Virus record (IMG/VR): IMGVR_UViG_3300021087_000002
Strand: one strand, 5' to 3'
Origin: an uncultured virus (IMG/VR IMGVR_UViG_3300021087_000002)
Taxonomy: Duplodnaviria > Heunggongvirae > Uroviricota > Caudoviricetes
Length of the DNA: 64,000 nucleotides
The translations under genes and the position numbers were made by a program. Below are positions 40,257-49,193 of this stretch, one piece after another. Within the stretch, counting starts at the first letter, position 1. Every line of letters starts with the position of its first letter. Below the pieces are notes generated by a model, which saw only the letters and a program-made list of their open reading frames with translations, was not told the DNA's origin and ran no database searches.

Positions 40257-41301
40257 TTAAGTTCTGACCAGTCTTATCCATGTAGTTAAACCACATACGC
40301 ATAATACAATCAGGTAGATCTCTTTCACGATTCTTCCAGTCCCATTGTGTGTAGCACCTAAATCCACATTTATTCCACCACTTACACGATAGACAGCCAT
40401 TCTCATCCATATATGCTTGCATCATCCCAGCATTATCTTTGCGCTCATACTTTGTGTTGAAGTCACGTTGATCATATCTATCCCATCTACAGTTTGATGT
40501 AGAGTTATCAGGAAAGATTGTAACCTTGTTAAGAGCCAAGCAATGCATATGATTGCTCTCTTGGTATATAAGATCTTTAATAGGATTAATGTCAGGGTAG
40601 TTATGATATACAAACTTTAAGAACTCAAGGTATTCGCTATCCGATGGTATCATATAATCATACCCACGATCAGGTATGTAATCATCAAAGTAGAAGTTAT
40701 CAAACTTCTCATACAGATAATGAAAGTATTCATCATCATCTGCCATAAACTTCTTAATAGAAATAGTGGTAGCAACCATGTTAATAGATGTAATATAGTC
40801 GGCAAAGTGCTCTATGTTCTTACCATAAGGTCCTTTTACAGGTCTTCCATCGAAGTCATAAGAGCATATAATATAAGATGGTATATCTACTGCGTTTAGA
40901 TCATCAAGTAACTTTTGCACTCTATCTCTTTTACTAAACTGAAATGAAGTAACCCAAACTACTTTAATCTCCGCACCATGTGTATCAAATATCTTCTTGA
41001 TCTCTACAAGGAAATCGTAGTATACAGGATAAGCCCATTCTGATATTCGATCTTGAAACAATTCTCCACCAACCATGTTGATCTGGATAACGTCTACTCG
41101 GCCTTTCATTTTGATGACATGTTGTTCAACCAAGTCTAGTTTGGAGAAGATCTCTTCACGAGACAAGCCTACTGTAGACTTCTTATCATGGTGACAAAAA
41201 GAACAGTTAAGGTGACAGTTCTCAAATAGTGTCAACTCAATCTCGGCTATGTCTGGACGCTTATCTTCCAGTAGTTGCTTGGTGAAGTCAAAGTTGTCCA
41301 A
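40219..41301 (-). CDS. Radical SAM/SPASM enzyme
   Basis: CHLNCSFC, VGGEL, C...C...CLSCKWWNKCGFRC...C. Confidence 0.85.
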   Translation of the reverse strand: MDNFDFTKQLLEDKRPDIAEIELTLFENCHLNCSFCHHDKKSTVGLSREEIFSKLDLVEQHVIKMKGRVDVIQINMVGGELFQDRISEWAYPVYYDFLVEIKKIFDTHGAEIKVVWVTSFQFSKRDRVQKLLDDLNAVDIPSYIICSYDFDGRPVKGPYGKNIEHFADYITSINMVATTISIKKFMADDDEYFHYLYEKFDNFYFDDYIPDRGYDYMIPSDSEYLEFLKFVYHNYPDINPIKDLIYQESNHMHCLALNKVTIFPDNSTSNCRWDRYDQRDFNTKYERKDNAGMMQAYMDENGCLSCKWWNKCGFRCYTQWDWKNRERDLPDCIMRMWFNYMDKTGQNLITGFDYMETNTQ

Positions 41302-41689
41302 TCAACATTTCCTCTTTATAATATTGATATATGTCTGGAACCATACCTAGCTCCATATCAAAGTCTAGTTGACCTAAGATATCATCGTATATCTCTTTGC
41401 TTTTGAAATAAGGAAGGAAGTGTGGATCATTACCAAATAGCAGATCCTTATCATTTAAAACATCATAGAAATGTTCATTAAAGTCTTGACTAATCCATGT
41501 GGCATAACATATTGCGACAACGTATGATTTAGCAGGATAAATCCACTCATCTACATATTCTCTAAAATGCATGAGAGCAAAGTCAGCTATATTGTTAGGT
41601 TCCCACCTGATATCAACCTCATTCAGATCATCTTTGAAGAGGGACTGCGTCATGTGATACGCCTGTTGTCGTGCTTTCCATTCCTGCAT
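41288..41689 (-). CDS. Hypothetical protein in rSAM cluster
   Basis: 133 aa, aromatic/acidic; WIYPAKSYVVAICYA. Confidence 0.6.
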   Translation of the reverse strand: MQEWKARQQAYHMTQSLFKDDLNEVDIRWEPNNIADFALMHFREYVDEWIYPAKSYVVAICYATWISQDFNEHFYDVLNDKDLLFGNDPHFLPYFKSKEIYDDILGQLDFDMELGMVPDIYQYYKEEMLIGQL

Positions 41690-42578
41690 AGTAGTCTAGT
41701 AATCCTTTATATCCATTACATCCATTATCTAAGTCCAGAACATACCTGTAGTGTTCGGTGAGACAATTGCCAAAATAGGTACAGCCGTGACATATAGGAC
41801 TAAGATTATCTCGTGCCTCATTTTTTGCCCACTGCTTATACTCATGATAGCTTTGATATTCTTTAAAATACTCTTTATCATTATTATCAAACTCCAATAC
41901 CCCAAACTTACCAGATGGTGTAATATACACATGATCGTTTGAGAATGCGTTATACTCTTTATCTATACTCCTGTAGATGTTATGAATATTCTGAAAGTCA
42001 AAATTCTTAGGTGTAGTAGCTTCATCAAATCTAATAACAAACTCTTCGAAGTCTTTATGGGTAACGTCAAATGAATTTGCTTGGTTAATAGAGTATGGTT
42101 TGATTTCCACAGACTTTACATTAGACACCATATTAAGGGTGAAGATCATAAACTCCACATCCATTTCTAATACTTTTGGTGACGCAAGAATAAGAACAGC
42201 CAGATCTTTATTGGCATTCATCATATTATTTAGGACAAATTGTTCCTTCTCTCTTGCATGAAAGTCGTATGATACAGACAATGTAACGTCATCATCACGA
42301 AAGAAGTCAGGGAATGCTGATAGGTTTGTATTGATATGGATGTTTCCATCATAGTATCTTCGTATTACATTTTTGATAGAATAGTAATACTCAGGTGTTA
42401 GTAATCCTATCTCACCACCATATAGATCCACATGAGTTATAGGATCTGTTATTTGACCCATAGAATGTTGTAACCACATTGGTGTTATTTTGTGTCTATC
42501 ATTTAACTGTTGCTTTGTCAAGTAACAAAAGTCACAAGAGAAGTTGCAATAGTAAGTTGGATTAATTGATAGATTCAT
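41628..42578 (-). CDS. Radical SAM enzyme with partial SPASM
   Basis: CNFSCDFC, YGGEI, NTNL, CHGCx5C...C. Confidence 0.85.
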   Translation of the reverse strand: MNLSINPTYYCNFSCDFCYLTKQQLNDRHKITPMWLQHSMGQITDPITHVDLYGGEIGLLTPEYYYSIKNVIRRYYDGNIHINTNLSAFPDFFRDDDVTLSVSYDFHAREKEQFVLNNMMNANKDLAVLILASPKVLEMDVEFMIFTLNMVSNVKSVEIKPYSINQANSFDVTHKDFEEFVIRFDEATTPKNFDFQNIHNIYRSIDKEYNAFSNDHVYITPSGKFGVLEFDNNDKEYFKEYQSYHEYKQWAKNEARDNLSPICHGCTYFGNCLTEHYRYVLDLDNGCNGYKGLLDYYAGMESTTTGVSHDAVPLQR

Positions 42579-43599
42579 CGACATAAGCTGTCACTCCATC
42601 AGGGTTCATTCCATTGATCTCAAGTATACGAGGTGCTAATGTTTTCATCTGTCTACAATGAGATTCTACTGTACCCTCTCTCTTCATATCTCGTACAGTC
42701 TTCTTACAGCCATTACATATCTCAAACATAGGACACGTGTAGCAAGCCATCTTCATTGTTTGTATATTAGGATCATCTTGAAGTGGTGTTTGCATCTTTC
42801 CATTCATTTCTGTTTCAAAATCAATAGGATAATCCATATCATCACCAAACGAACCACAAGAGTAATAATCACCACCTGGGTTCATAGCTCTAATTCCTGT
42901 ATCACACAATCTATTCTGTGGACAAGATGTCGCAGATCCACCAAGTCGTTTCATCATTTGCTTGGTATTGTATTCGTACTCAGCCAAACCCATATCGTAA
43001 ATCTTAATATATGTTTCATAGATTTTAGACAATTGATATGTAGTGCCTTGCACACCAGATGCCATAGCATAATTTAACTTACACTCTACACCCATCTCTT
43101 TTGCTAACTCAACATTCTTGATAGCAAGGTGTTCATTCTCATCAGTTATAACAGCAATGAAGTCAGGACGTTCTCCTGTGTGTTTAAGCATAGCGTTAGA
43201 TACCATCCAAAAGTCTTTCTCAGTAAACTCCGAATAGTCTCCCTTTAATCTACCACCACCATATTGAAACGATGTAGCACAACCAAATCTTCTGTTCTGA
43301 AATATAGGTAACCATTTCTCTGGTCTCATTAAGAAAGGCCAAAGGTTAGATGTGAATGATATAGATGCAGGGTAGTCATGTTCGTCTAAGTGATCTATTA
43401 ATTCTTGATACCACTCAGGCTTGACCATAAGAGGATCTCCACCGTTAACAATAATAGTGTTACAATCAGGATATCTCTTTAGAAACTTATAGACGTAATC
43501 TAGATCCAACAATCCAACTTCATTAGGATCAATGTCAGTAGAAGAACAGAAAGTACACTTGAAGTTACAAGCTTCTGTTGGTTTAATAATTAGATCCAT
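42562..43599 (-). CDS. Radical SAM/SPASM enzyme
   Basis: IIKPTEACNFKCTFC, NGGDPL, CPQNRLC...YSC...CYTCPMFEICNGC...C. Confidence 0.9.
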   Translation of the reverse strand: MDLIIKPTEACNFKCTFCSSTDIDPNEVGLLDLDYVYKFLKRYPDCNTIIVNGGDPLMVKPEWYQELIDHLDEHDYPASISFTSNLWPFLMRPEKWLPIFQNRRFGCATSFQYGGGRLKGDYSEFTEKDFWMVSNAMLKHTGERPDFIAVITDENEHLAIKNVELAKEMGVECKLNYAMASGVQGTTYQLSKIYETYIKIYDMGLAEYEYNTKQMMKRLGGSATSCPQNRLCDTGIRAMNPGGDYYSCGSFGDDMDYPIDFETEMNGKMQTPLQDDPNIQTMKMACYTCPMFEICNGCKKTVRDMKREGTVESHCRQMKTLAPRILEINGMNPDGVTAYVDESIN

Positions 43600-44621
43600 T
43601 CTTTTTCTTTCGCCAATTTTAGCATTAGAGTTTTAGGGGCAGGGCAAACATCATCCATCCACTGTAGTTGATGACAGTCTGAATGGCAGTACATGAAGAC
43701 AGGGCATTTATAACACCGTTCATCACGTTCATGCTGTTCACATGATATGATCTCCATACGTTTAGGACTTAATCGCACTTCCTTTGCTGGTGTATCTATA
43801 TTACCATAATGCATGGTCGGTGCAGTATTAGGACAACCTGCTACAGTACCATCTGCGTTGATGGTGTGTATCTTCTGTTCACAATCACGACAGAATGTTC
43901 CTGCTCTAAACTGACCTTTACTAAACTTCTCGTAAACAGTTTCCATAAATCCATTCACAACATTATGATATTGAGTTTGTTCATGCATTAACATCCACCA
44001 AGCATCTAGTTCTTTGTTGTGAGGAAAGATATCTGTATTAATAGTGGCATTACCATCATGCGTCAATCTCTCATACGATATCTCAGCAACACCAAGAGAC
44101 TCCATGTAATCAGCAATCTCAATTGGTTGTAACTTTATAACATCTTTAGATACAGATATAAAGCACTTGACACGATGACCAAGTCCTGTTAGATGTTTAA
44201 CATTATTCTCCCACATCTTTCTCTGATGTTCGTTACTAAAACGAATATTAGGATCCCATGATGTGCCTATATTACCACCTGTAATAACTTCACTAAAGAA
44301 CTTTAATCTTTCTTCGGTTAGTTTGAATACAAGATTTGTTGTAATACCATGTGTTGCTCTATCACCCCATTGCGCCTTTGTGATATCATGAAACTCACGT
44401 AGGTTTGCCATGGGTGCAAGCATAGGTTCTCCACCATGATATTCAAGGTGAATTAAGTTATCTCCAGTGTCGAGTTGATTACACCAATTCGCAGTCTTCA
44501 CATGGTCGAAGTAGATCTTCCTACCATTCATTCCAGATGTAAAGCAATGCGAACAGTTCAGATTACATGTTTCAGTAGTCTTTACGTAAATAACTGAGTG
44601 TTTCTGTGTCGTTAACGCCAT
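43590..44621 (-). CDS. Radical SAM/SPASM enzyme
   Basis: YVKTTETCNLNCSHC, HGGEPM, TTNL, CRDC...GCP...CYKCPVFMYCHSDC...C. Confidence 0.9.
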   Translation of the reverse strand: MALTTQKHSVIYVKTTETCNLNCSHCFTSGMNGRKIYFDHVKTANWCNQLDTGDNLIHLEYHGGEPMLAPMANLREFHDITKAQWGDRATHGITTNLVFKLTEERLKFFSEVITGGNIGTSWDPNIRFSNEHQRKMWENNVKHLTGLGHRVKCFISVSKDVIKLQPIEIADYMESLGVAEISYERLTHDGNATINTDIFPHNKELDAWWMLMHEQTQYHNVVNGFMETVYEKFSKGQFRAGTFCRDCEQKIHTINADGTVAGCPNTAPTMHYGNIDTPAKEVRLSPKRMEIISCEQHERDERCYKCPVFMYCHSDCHQLQWMDDVCPAPKTLMLKLAKEKEWI

Positions 44622-45036
44622 AGCTTAGTGTTAGAGCCTTCTCTGAGTTCAATGCAATGTGGGGTGTTTCTGCAGGAATAAAGATCTTAGATCCCTTCTC
44701 TATCATAACATACCTATCATCAATTTCCATTATCTTACATCCGTCAAGACATTCGATGTATATATCTATAGGATCTGTATGTACAGGAAAGGAAGGTGCG
44801 TCAACAGGCGCATAAAATATATGAATAGTCCCATCATAGGGTTGAATACGTTCATAGTTCTCTACCTTAATGGTATCATCACCACTAAACCAAAGATCTA
44901 CAACTTTACCTTGATATGCAAATATATTGTCATGTTCAATGTATTGCTGTTCCCCCTTATTGTTGATAAAGGAAACAGCACACTTATTAAAACATTCTTC
45001 GCTCATTAAGAAGTCAAAGAATTCTTCAAATGTCAT
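44572..45036 (-). CDS. JmjC/cupin-like oxygenase
   Basis: SFPVHTDPIDIYI...GCK...IFIPAETPH (HxD...H). Confidence 0.65.
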   Translation of the reverse strand: MTFEEFFDFLMSEECFNKCAVSFINNKGEQQYIEHDNIFAYQGKVVDLWFSGDDTIKVENYERIQPYDGTIHIFYAPVDAPSFPVHTDPIDIYIECLDGCKIMEIDDRYVMIEKGSKIFIPAETPHIALNSEKALTLSYGVNDTETLSYLRKDY

Positions 45037-45200
45037 TCTCCACCTATATTTAGGAACGTTAGCATATTAGCAGTAACAACCCAATTTCCAACGCCATGTT
45101 CACGTATAGTAACCTTTTTACCATTGACTTTTTCGATAATACCTGTTACAGTAGTTCCATCAATATTCGTGAATGAAGCAATGTTGCCTAGTTTAACCAT
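45033..45200 (-). CDS. Small protein (55 aa) not in the ORF track
   Basis: MVKLGNIASFTNIDGTTVTGIIEKVNGKKVTIREHGVGNWVVTANMLTFLNIGGE; purine-rich RBS, promoter upstream, ATGA overlap with the cupin. Confidence 0.6.
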   Translation of the reverse strand: MVKLGNIASFTNIDGTTVTGIIEKVNGKKVTIREHGVGNWVVTANMLTFLNIGGE

Positions 45201-45230
45201 GTTGATTCTCTCTTTCGCTTTGTATACCTA

Positions 45231-45259
45231 TTTGTATCATATTCGGAAGGCAATGTCAA
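45231..45259 (-). promoter_or_regulatory. Sigma70-type (early) promoter
   Basis: TTGACA-17 nt-TACAAA with TGn extension. Confidence 0.55.
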
Positions 45260-45307
45260 GAGTTAATTACATTATATATAGATGTAATCAAATGATGAGG
45301 AAGTGAA

Positions 45308-45868
45308 ATGGATATCCATAATCTATGGCCTACACAAGTGGGTCAAGGTAAGTTCGACACCACTGGTCTGGTAGAACACATATTTAGTACATACGATCTA
45401 AACAATCCACCTAGTGATTTGGGGGGATATAATATCTTAGATGATGATTCTATAGTAATGACTAAGTTTTCAAATCAAGTGTTTGTGGCTTTTGATGATT
45501 ATCTAAAGGCTACTATAGATTGTTCGATTGATGATTGGAATCACTGTGAGATGAAAGCTTGGATCACTGGTCATGGTAAAGACTACTCTATGACTATTCA
45601 CAACCACACAGGAGCACATCTATCAGGAGTCTTCTATATACTAGCAGAGGATAAAAACTCAGGTGGTGACATTGTGATGCACGATCCTAGATCTAATGCT
45701 AACAGAGGATATGACGAATACTTTAATCCTATGTTTAACAGGCATCATCACACACCTGAGACAGGAGATTTTATGATATTTCCTAGTTTCACCTACCACC
45801 ACGTCAACCCATACTACTCACAACTGAGGATCTGCGTACCTGTAGATCTGTATCTTTATAGGGAATAA
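45308..45868 (+). CDS. 2OG-Fe(II) oxygenase (marine phage type)
   Basis: HNH...LSGVFY...GGDI...DPR...IFPS...HHV...R. Confidence 0.8.
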   Translation: MDIHNLWPTQVGQGKFDTTGLVEHIFSTYDLNNPPSDLGGYNILDDDSIVMTKFSNQVFVAFDDYLKATIDCSIDDWNHCEMKAWITGHGKDYSMTIHNHTGAHLSGVFYILAEDKNSGGDIVMHDPRSNANRGYDEYFNPMFNRHHHTPETGDFMIFPSFTYHHVNPYYSQLRICVPVDLYLYRE

Positions 45869-45871
45869 ATT

Positions 45872-47806
45872 ATGCATAAACTTGTTATCAATCTAAATCA
45901 CAGAGTAGATCGAAAGAACTCATTCATGAAAGAGTGTGGGTGGTTGGAAGATTACTCATTCCAACATGCTGTTAATGGTTATGAAATCACAAACCTACAA
46001 ATGAAAGAAAATGAATTTGGGATCAATCATAAGTGGAGAGATCCCTTTAAGAATAGACGCATCACCAAAGGAGAGGTGGGTTGTTTCTTATCACATTATC
46101 AAGCATGGCAAAAGGTTGTCCAGTTAAATGAAACCACGATCATCTTTGAAGATGATGTAAAGATCGATAGATTTAAGTGGAAAGAAAATCAGTATCATGA
46201 GTGGATGGATGAAGGTGAAATCGATCTTCTATACTTAGGATATAATGAAAACGATGATACAGGAGTAGTTGATGGTGCTAATGAACATCTAATCAAACCT
46301 TGCTATCCATACAATGCACACGCATATATGCTAACACCAGAAATGGCAAACGATTTGATCAATAGTGGTTTCCATAGAAAGATCATTCCTGTAGATGAGA
46401 TATTAGCACAAAAAGTAGCAACTCACAACATACAGGCATTGAAGGTAGATATTGCAAATCAAATAAGCAGAGACGAACTTGGTACGGACATTGAGCCATT
46501 CAGTCATGATGATTGGTTTCAAAACTTTGATGTACATGCGATTACTGTAGGTACAGATAGATCCAAATGTGCTCCATTAAACGATAGTTCAGTTCTACAA
46601 AAGTTTACTGTTAAGAACCTAGGAAAGAATGTAGATTGGGCTGGAACAGATATGTCAGGGCCTGGTGGTGGTCATAAAGTAAATCTAGTTAGAGATTACT
46701 TAGATACATTACCAGAAAATGACATTGTACTCTTCACAGATGCATATGACGTATTCTTTACTAGAAATCTACAAGAGATTGTTAAGAGATATATGGATGC
46801 AAGTGTAGAGATCTTATTTGGTGCAGAAGCTACTTGTTGGCCTGATGACAGTATGTCAACTTTACATCCAGATCCGAATCTATTTAAGTATAAATATTTG
46901 AATAGTGGTCAGTACATTGGTAGAGTTGGAGCATTAAAAGACTTCTTTGCAGAAAGATTGAACGATGAAGATGATGATCAGTTATACATGCAAAGAGTGT
47001 GGTTAAACGATACAACTAAATTCAGTGTTGGTTTAGATTACGAACAATATATCTTCCAAACACATGAGCCAGAATGTAGAGTAGATAATGAGCTATGGAA
47101 CCCTATAACCAATACCGTACCTTGTCTATATCATGGGAACGGTGGTGAAGATGCCAAGCTTTTATTCGATAAACTTTGGACAACAGTAAATGCCAAATAC
47201 TCTAAACAACTACCCACAAAAAGAGTAATACACACTAATAACAATGCTGTTGCATCCCCTATGTTTATTCCACACACAGGTAAAATTGATATTCTTGAGA
47301 AGGACATGATTGTTGTAGACTTTATGACACAAAGTCAATGTGAGAGATTGATTGAGATGGGAGATGCACATGCAGGTTGGGAACCTATGCCAGAAGATAA
47401 GTTTCCAGCGTATGAGATCCGTGTCAAGGAATTGGGTCTATGGGATGAGATGAGTGCACATTGGAAAGAAAACGTTGTACCAATTATTGAAAAGTATTGG
47501 AAACCTATTGAGATGTATGGTATGAGAGATGCATTTATTATGCGTTATTCTGTAGATACTCAGAGAAGTTTACCACTTCACAACGATGCATCACTTGTTA
47601 CAGGGTCTGTAAAGCTAAATGATGACTATAAAGGAGCGTCACTTGTATACCCAAGACAGGGAATTAACAACGATGATATCCCTTGTGGTAAGATGATTTT
47701 GTTCCCCGGACTAGTTACACACGGTCATGAGTGTACAGAATTGGTAAGTGGAGTAAAATATAGCTACACAATGTGGACACAACGCTATCCTGGAGATATA
47801 AATTAG
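45872..47806 (+). CDS. Three-domain GT25 + PLOD-type glycosyltransferase + lysyl-hydroxylase-like enzyme
   Basis: N: VINL..R.DR...GEVGCFLSH...FEDD. Middle: GGGHKV...FTDAYDV...FGAE..CWP...YLNSG.YIG...DDDQL...HGNG. C: RYSVDTQRSLPLHNDAS...LNDDY.G...THGH. Confidence 0.85.
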   Translation: MHKLVINLNHRVDRKNSFMKECGWLEDYSFQHAVNGYEITNLQMKENEFGINHKWRDPFKNRRITKGEVGCFLSHYQAWQKVVQLNETTIIFEDDVKIDRFKWKENQYHEWMDEGEIDLLYLGYNENDDTGVVDGANEHLIKPCYPYNAHAYMLTPEMANDLINSGFHRKIIPVDEILAQKVATHNIQALKVDIANQISRDELGTDIEPFSHDDWFQNFDVHAITVGTDRSKCAPLNDSSVLQKFTVKNLGKNVDWAGTDMSGPGGGHKVNLVRDYLDTLPENDIVLFTDAYDVFFTRNLQEIVKRYMDASVEILFGAEATCWPDDSMSTLHPDPNLFKYKYLNSGQYIGRVGALKDFFAERLNDEDDDQLYMQRVWLNDTTKFSVGLDYEQYIFQTHEPECRVDNELWNPITNTVPCLYHGNGGEDAKLLFDKLWTTVNAKYSKQLPTKRVIHTNNNAVASPMFIPHTGKIDILEKDMIVVDFMTQSQCERLIEMGDAHAGWEPMPEDKFPAYEIRVKELGLWDEMSAHWKENVVPIIEKYWKPIEMYGMRDAFIMRYSVDTQRSLPLHNDASLVTGSVKLNDDYKGASLVYPRQGINNDDIPCGKMILFPGLVTHGHECTELVSGVKYSYTMWTQRYPGDIN

Positions 47807-47814
47807 TATAAATA
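47807..47814 (+). promoter_or_regulatory. T4-type late promoter
   Basis: TATAAATA upstream of gp13. Confidence 0.8.
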
Positions 47815-47845
47815 GAAGTAACGGATTACACATGGGACGAGATTT

Positions 47846-48598
47846 ATGGCTAAACCAAATTCAAGATCGACATTAATTGACTATGCAAAACGCAGATTGG
47901 GTGAGCCTGTTCTCGAAATCAATGTCGATGAGGATCAACTAGAAGATCGATTAGATGAAGCTTTTGGCTATTGGCAAGAGTACCATTCTGATGCGACAAA
48001 GACAGTTTATCTAAAGCATCTTATTACGGCAGATGATGTCACTAATAAGTATATTCCTATCCCATCCGATTACATATTTGTAAAGAGAGTACTTCCAATA
48101 AATGGTAGTAAATCTTCCAGTGGCATGTTCTCTTTAGGATATCAACTTAGACTTAACGATCTTGCGGTTATGGGTAAGTTCATGGGAGACATGGCTTATT
48201 ACACAATGATGCAACAGCACATTGCTATGATTGATCAGACTTTGAATGGCATGCCACAAGTTAATTATTCTCAGTACGAAAACAAACTGTACATTCATGG
48301 AGAGTTTGAAAGTCAGGATATTAAAGCGGGTCAGTACATTATTGTAGAAGGCACACAGCTTGTAGATCCAACAACAAACACGTCAGTCTATAATGACAAA
48401 TGGTTGAAATCATATACTACAGCACTAATCAAACAACAGTGGGGTCAGAACCTCAGTAAGTTTGAGGGTATGCAGTTACCAGGTGGTGTCACAATGAATG
48501 GACTGGCAATACTAGAAGCCGCAAATGCAGAGGTATTAAAACTCGAAGAGGATCTAAGATTAGAGCACGAACTTCCAGTAGAATTCTTTGTAGGTTAA
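47846..48598 (+). CDS. gp13: Neck protein gp13
   Basis: RRLGEPVLEINV...QQWGQNLSKF.GMQLPGGVTMNG. Confidence 0.9.
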   Translation: MAKPNSRSTLIDYAKRRLGEPVLEINVDEDQLEDRLDEAFGYWQEYHSDATKTVYLKHLITADDVTNKYIPIPSDYIFVKRVLPINGSKSSSGMFSLGYQLRLNDLAVMGKFMGDMAYYTMMQQHIAMIDQTLNGMPQVNYSQYENKLYIHGEFESQDIKAGQYIIVEGTQLVDPTTNTSVYNDKWLKSYTTALIKQQWGQNLSKFEGMQLPGGVTMNGLAILEAANAEVLKLEEDLRLEHELPVEFFVG

Positions 48599-48599
48599 T

Positions 48600-49193
48600 A
48601 TGCGCAATTTATACTTTTCAGATGGTCATAAGTCAGAACAACTTCTATACGAAGATCTAACTATCGAAGCAATGCAGATCTATGGTCAGGACATGTATTA
48701 CATGCCACGTGATCTAGTTCATGTTGACGAGGTGTTCAAAGAAGATCCAGTATCATCATTCAATTCTAGTTACAGAGTTGAGATGTATGTTGAGAATAAT
48801 GATGGATTTGATGGTGAAGGAGATCTCTTTAGTAAGTTTGGTGTAGAGATACGAGATAGTGTTACCCTTGTGTTAGCAAAAAGACGTTGGAACCAGACAG
48901 TACGTAAGTTCGATAACGAGATCAAAAGTGAAAGACCAGTAGAGGGGGATCTTATCTTTACTCCCTTCGCAGGTAAACTGTTTCAAATTATGCACGTAGA
49001 GCACGAACAGCCATTCTATCAGCTAAACAACTTGCCAATATACAAACTACGTTGTGAATTGTTTGAATACAATGACGAAGATATTGATACAGGCAATACA
49101 GATATTGATCAAATAGAAATTGATCATGCTTACAGATATGATGTTAAGGTTAACCGTGGTAGAACTGCGACAGCAACAGCGAGTATCACATAA
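48600..49193 (+). CDS. gp14: Neck protein gp14 (N-terminal conserved part)
   Basis: YGQDMYYMPR, SKFGVEIRD, RPVEGDLI, PFYQL...CELFEY. Confidence 0.9.
   Translation: MRNLYFSDGHKSEQLLYEDLTIEAMQIYGQDMYYMPRDLVHVDEVFKEDPVSSFNSSYRVEMYVENNDGFDGEGDLFSKFGVEIRDSVTLVLAKRRWNQTVRKFDNEIKSERPVEGDLIFTPFAGKLFQIMHVEHEQPFYQLNNLPIYKLRCELFEYNDEDIDTGNTDIDQIEIDHAYRYDVKVNRGRTATATASIT

Noticed and set aside
45124..45306. 60-aa plus-strand ORF from the track
   Set aside because: It lies antisense to the better supported 55-aa minus ORF and its promoter, and has a TTG start.
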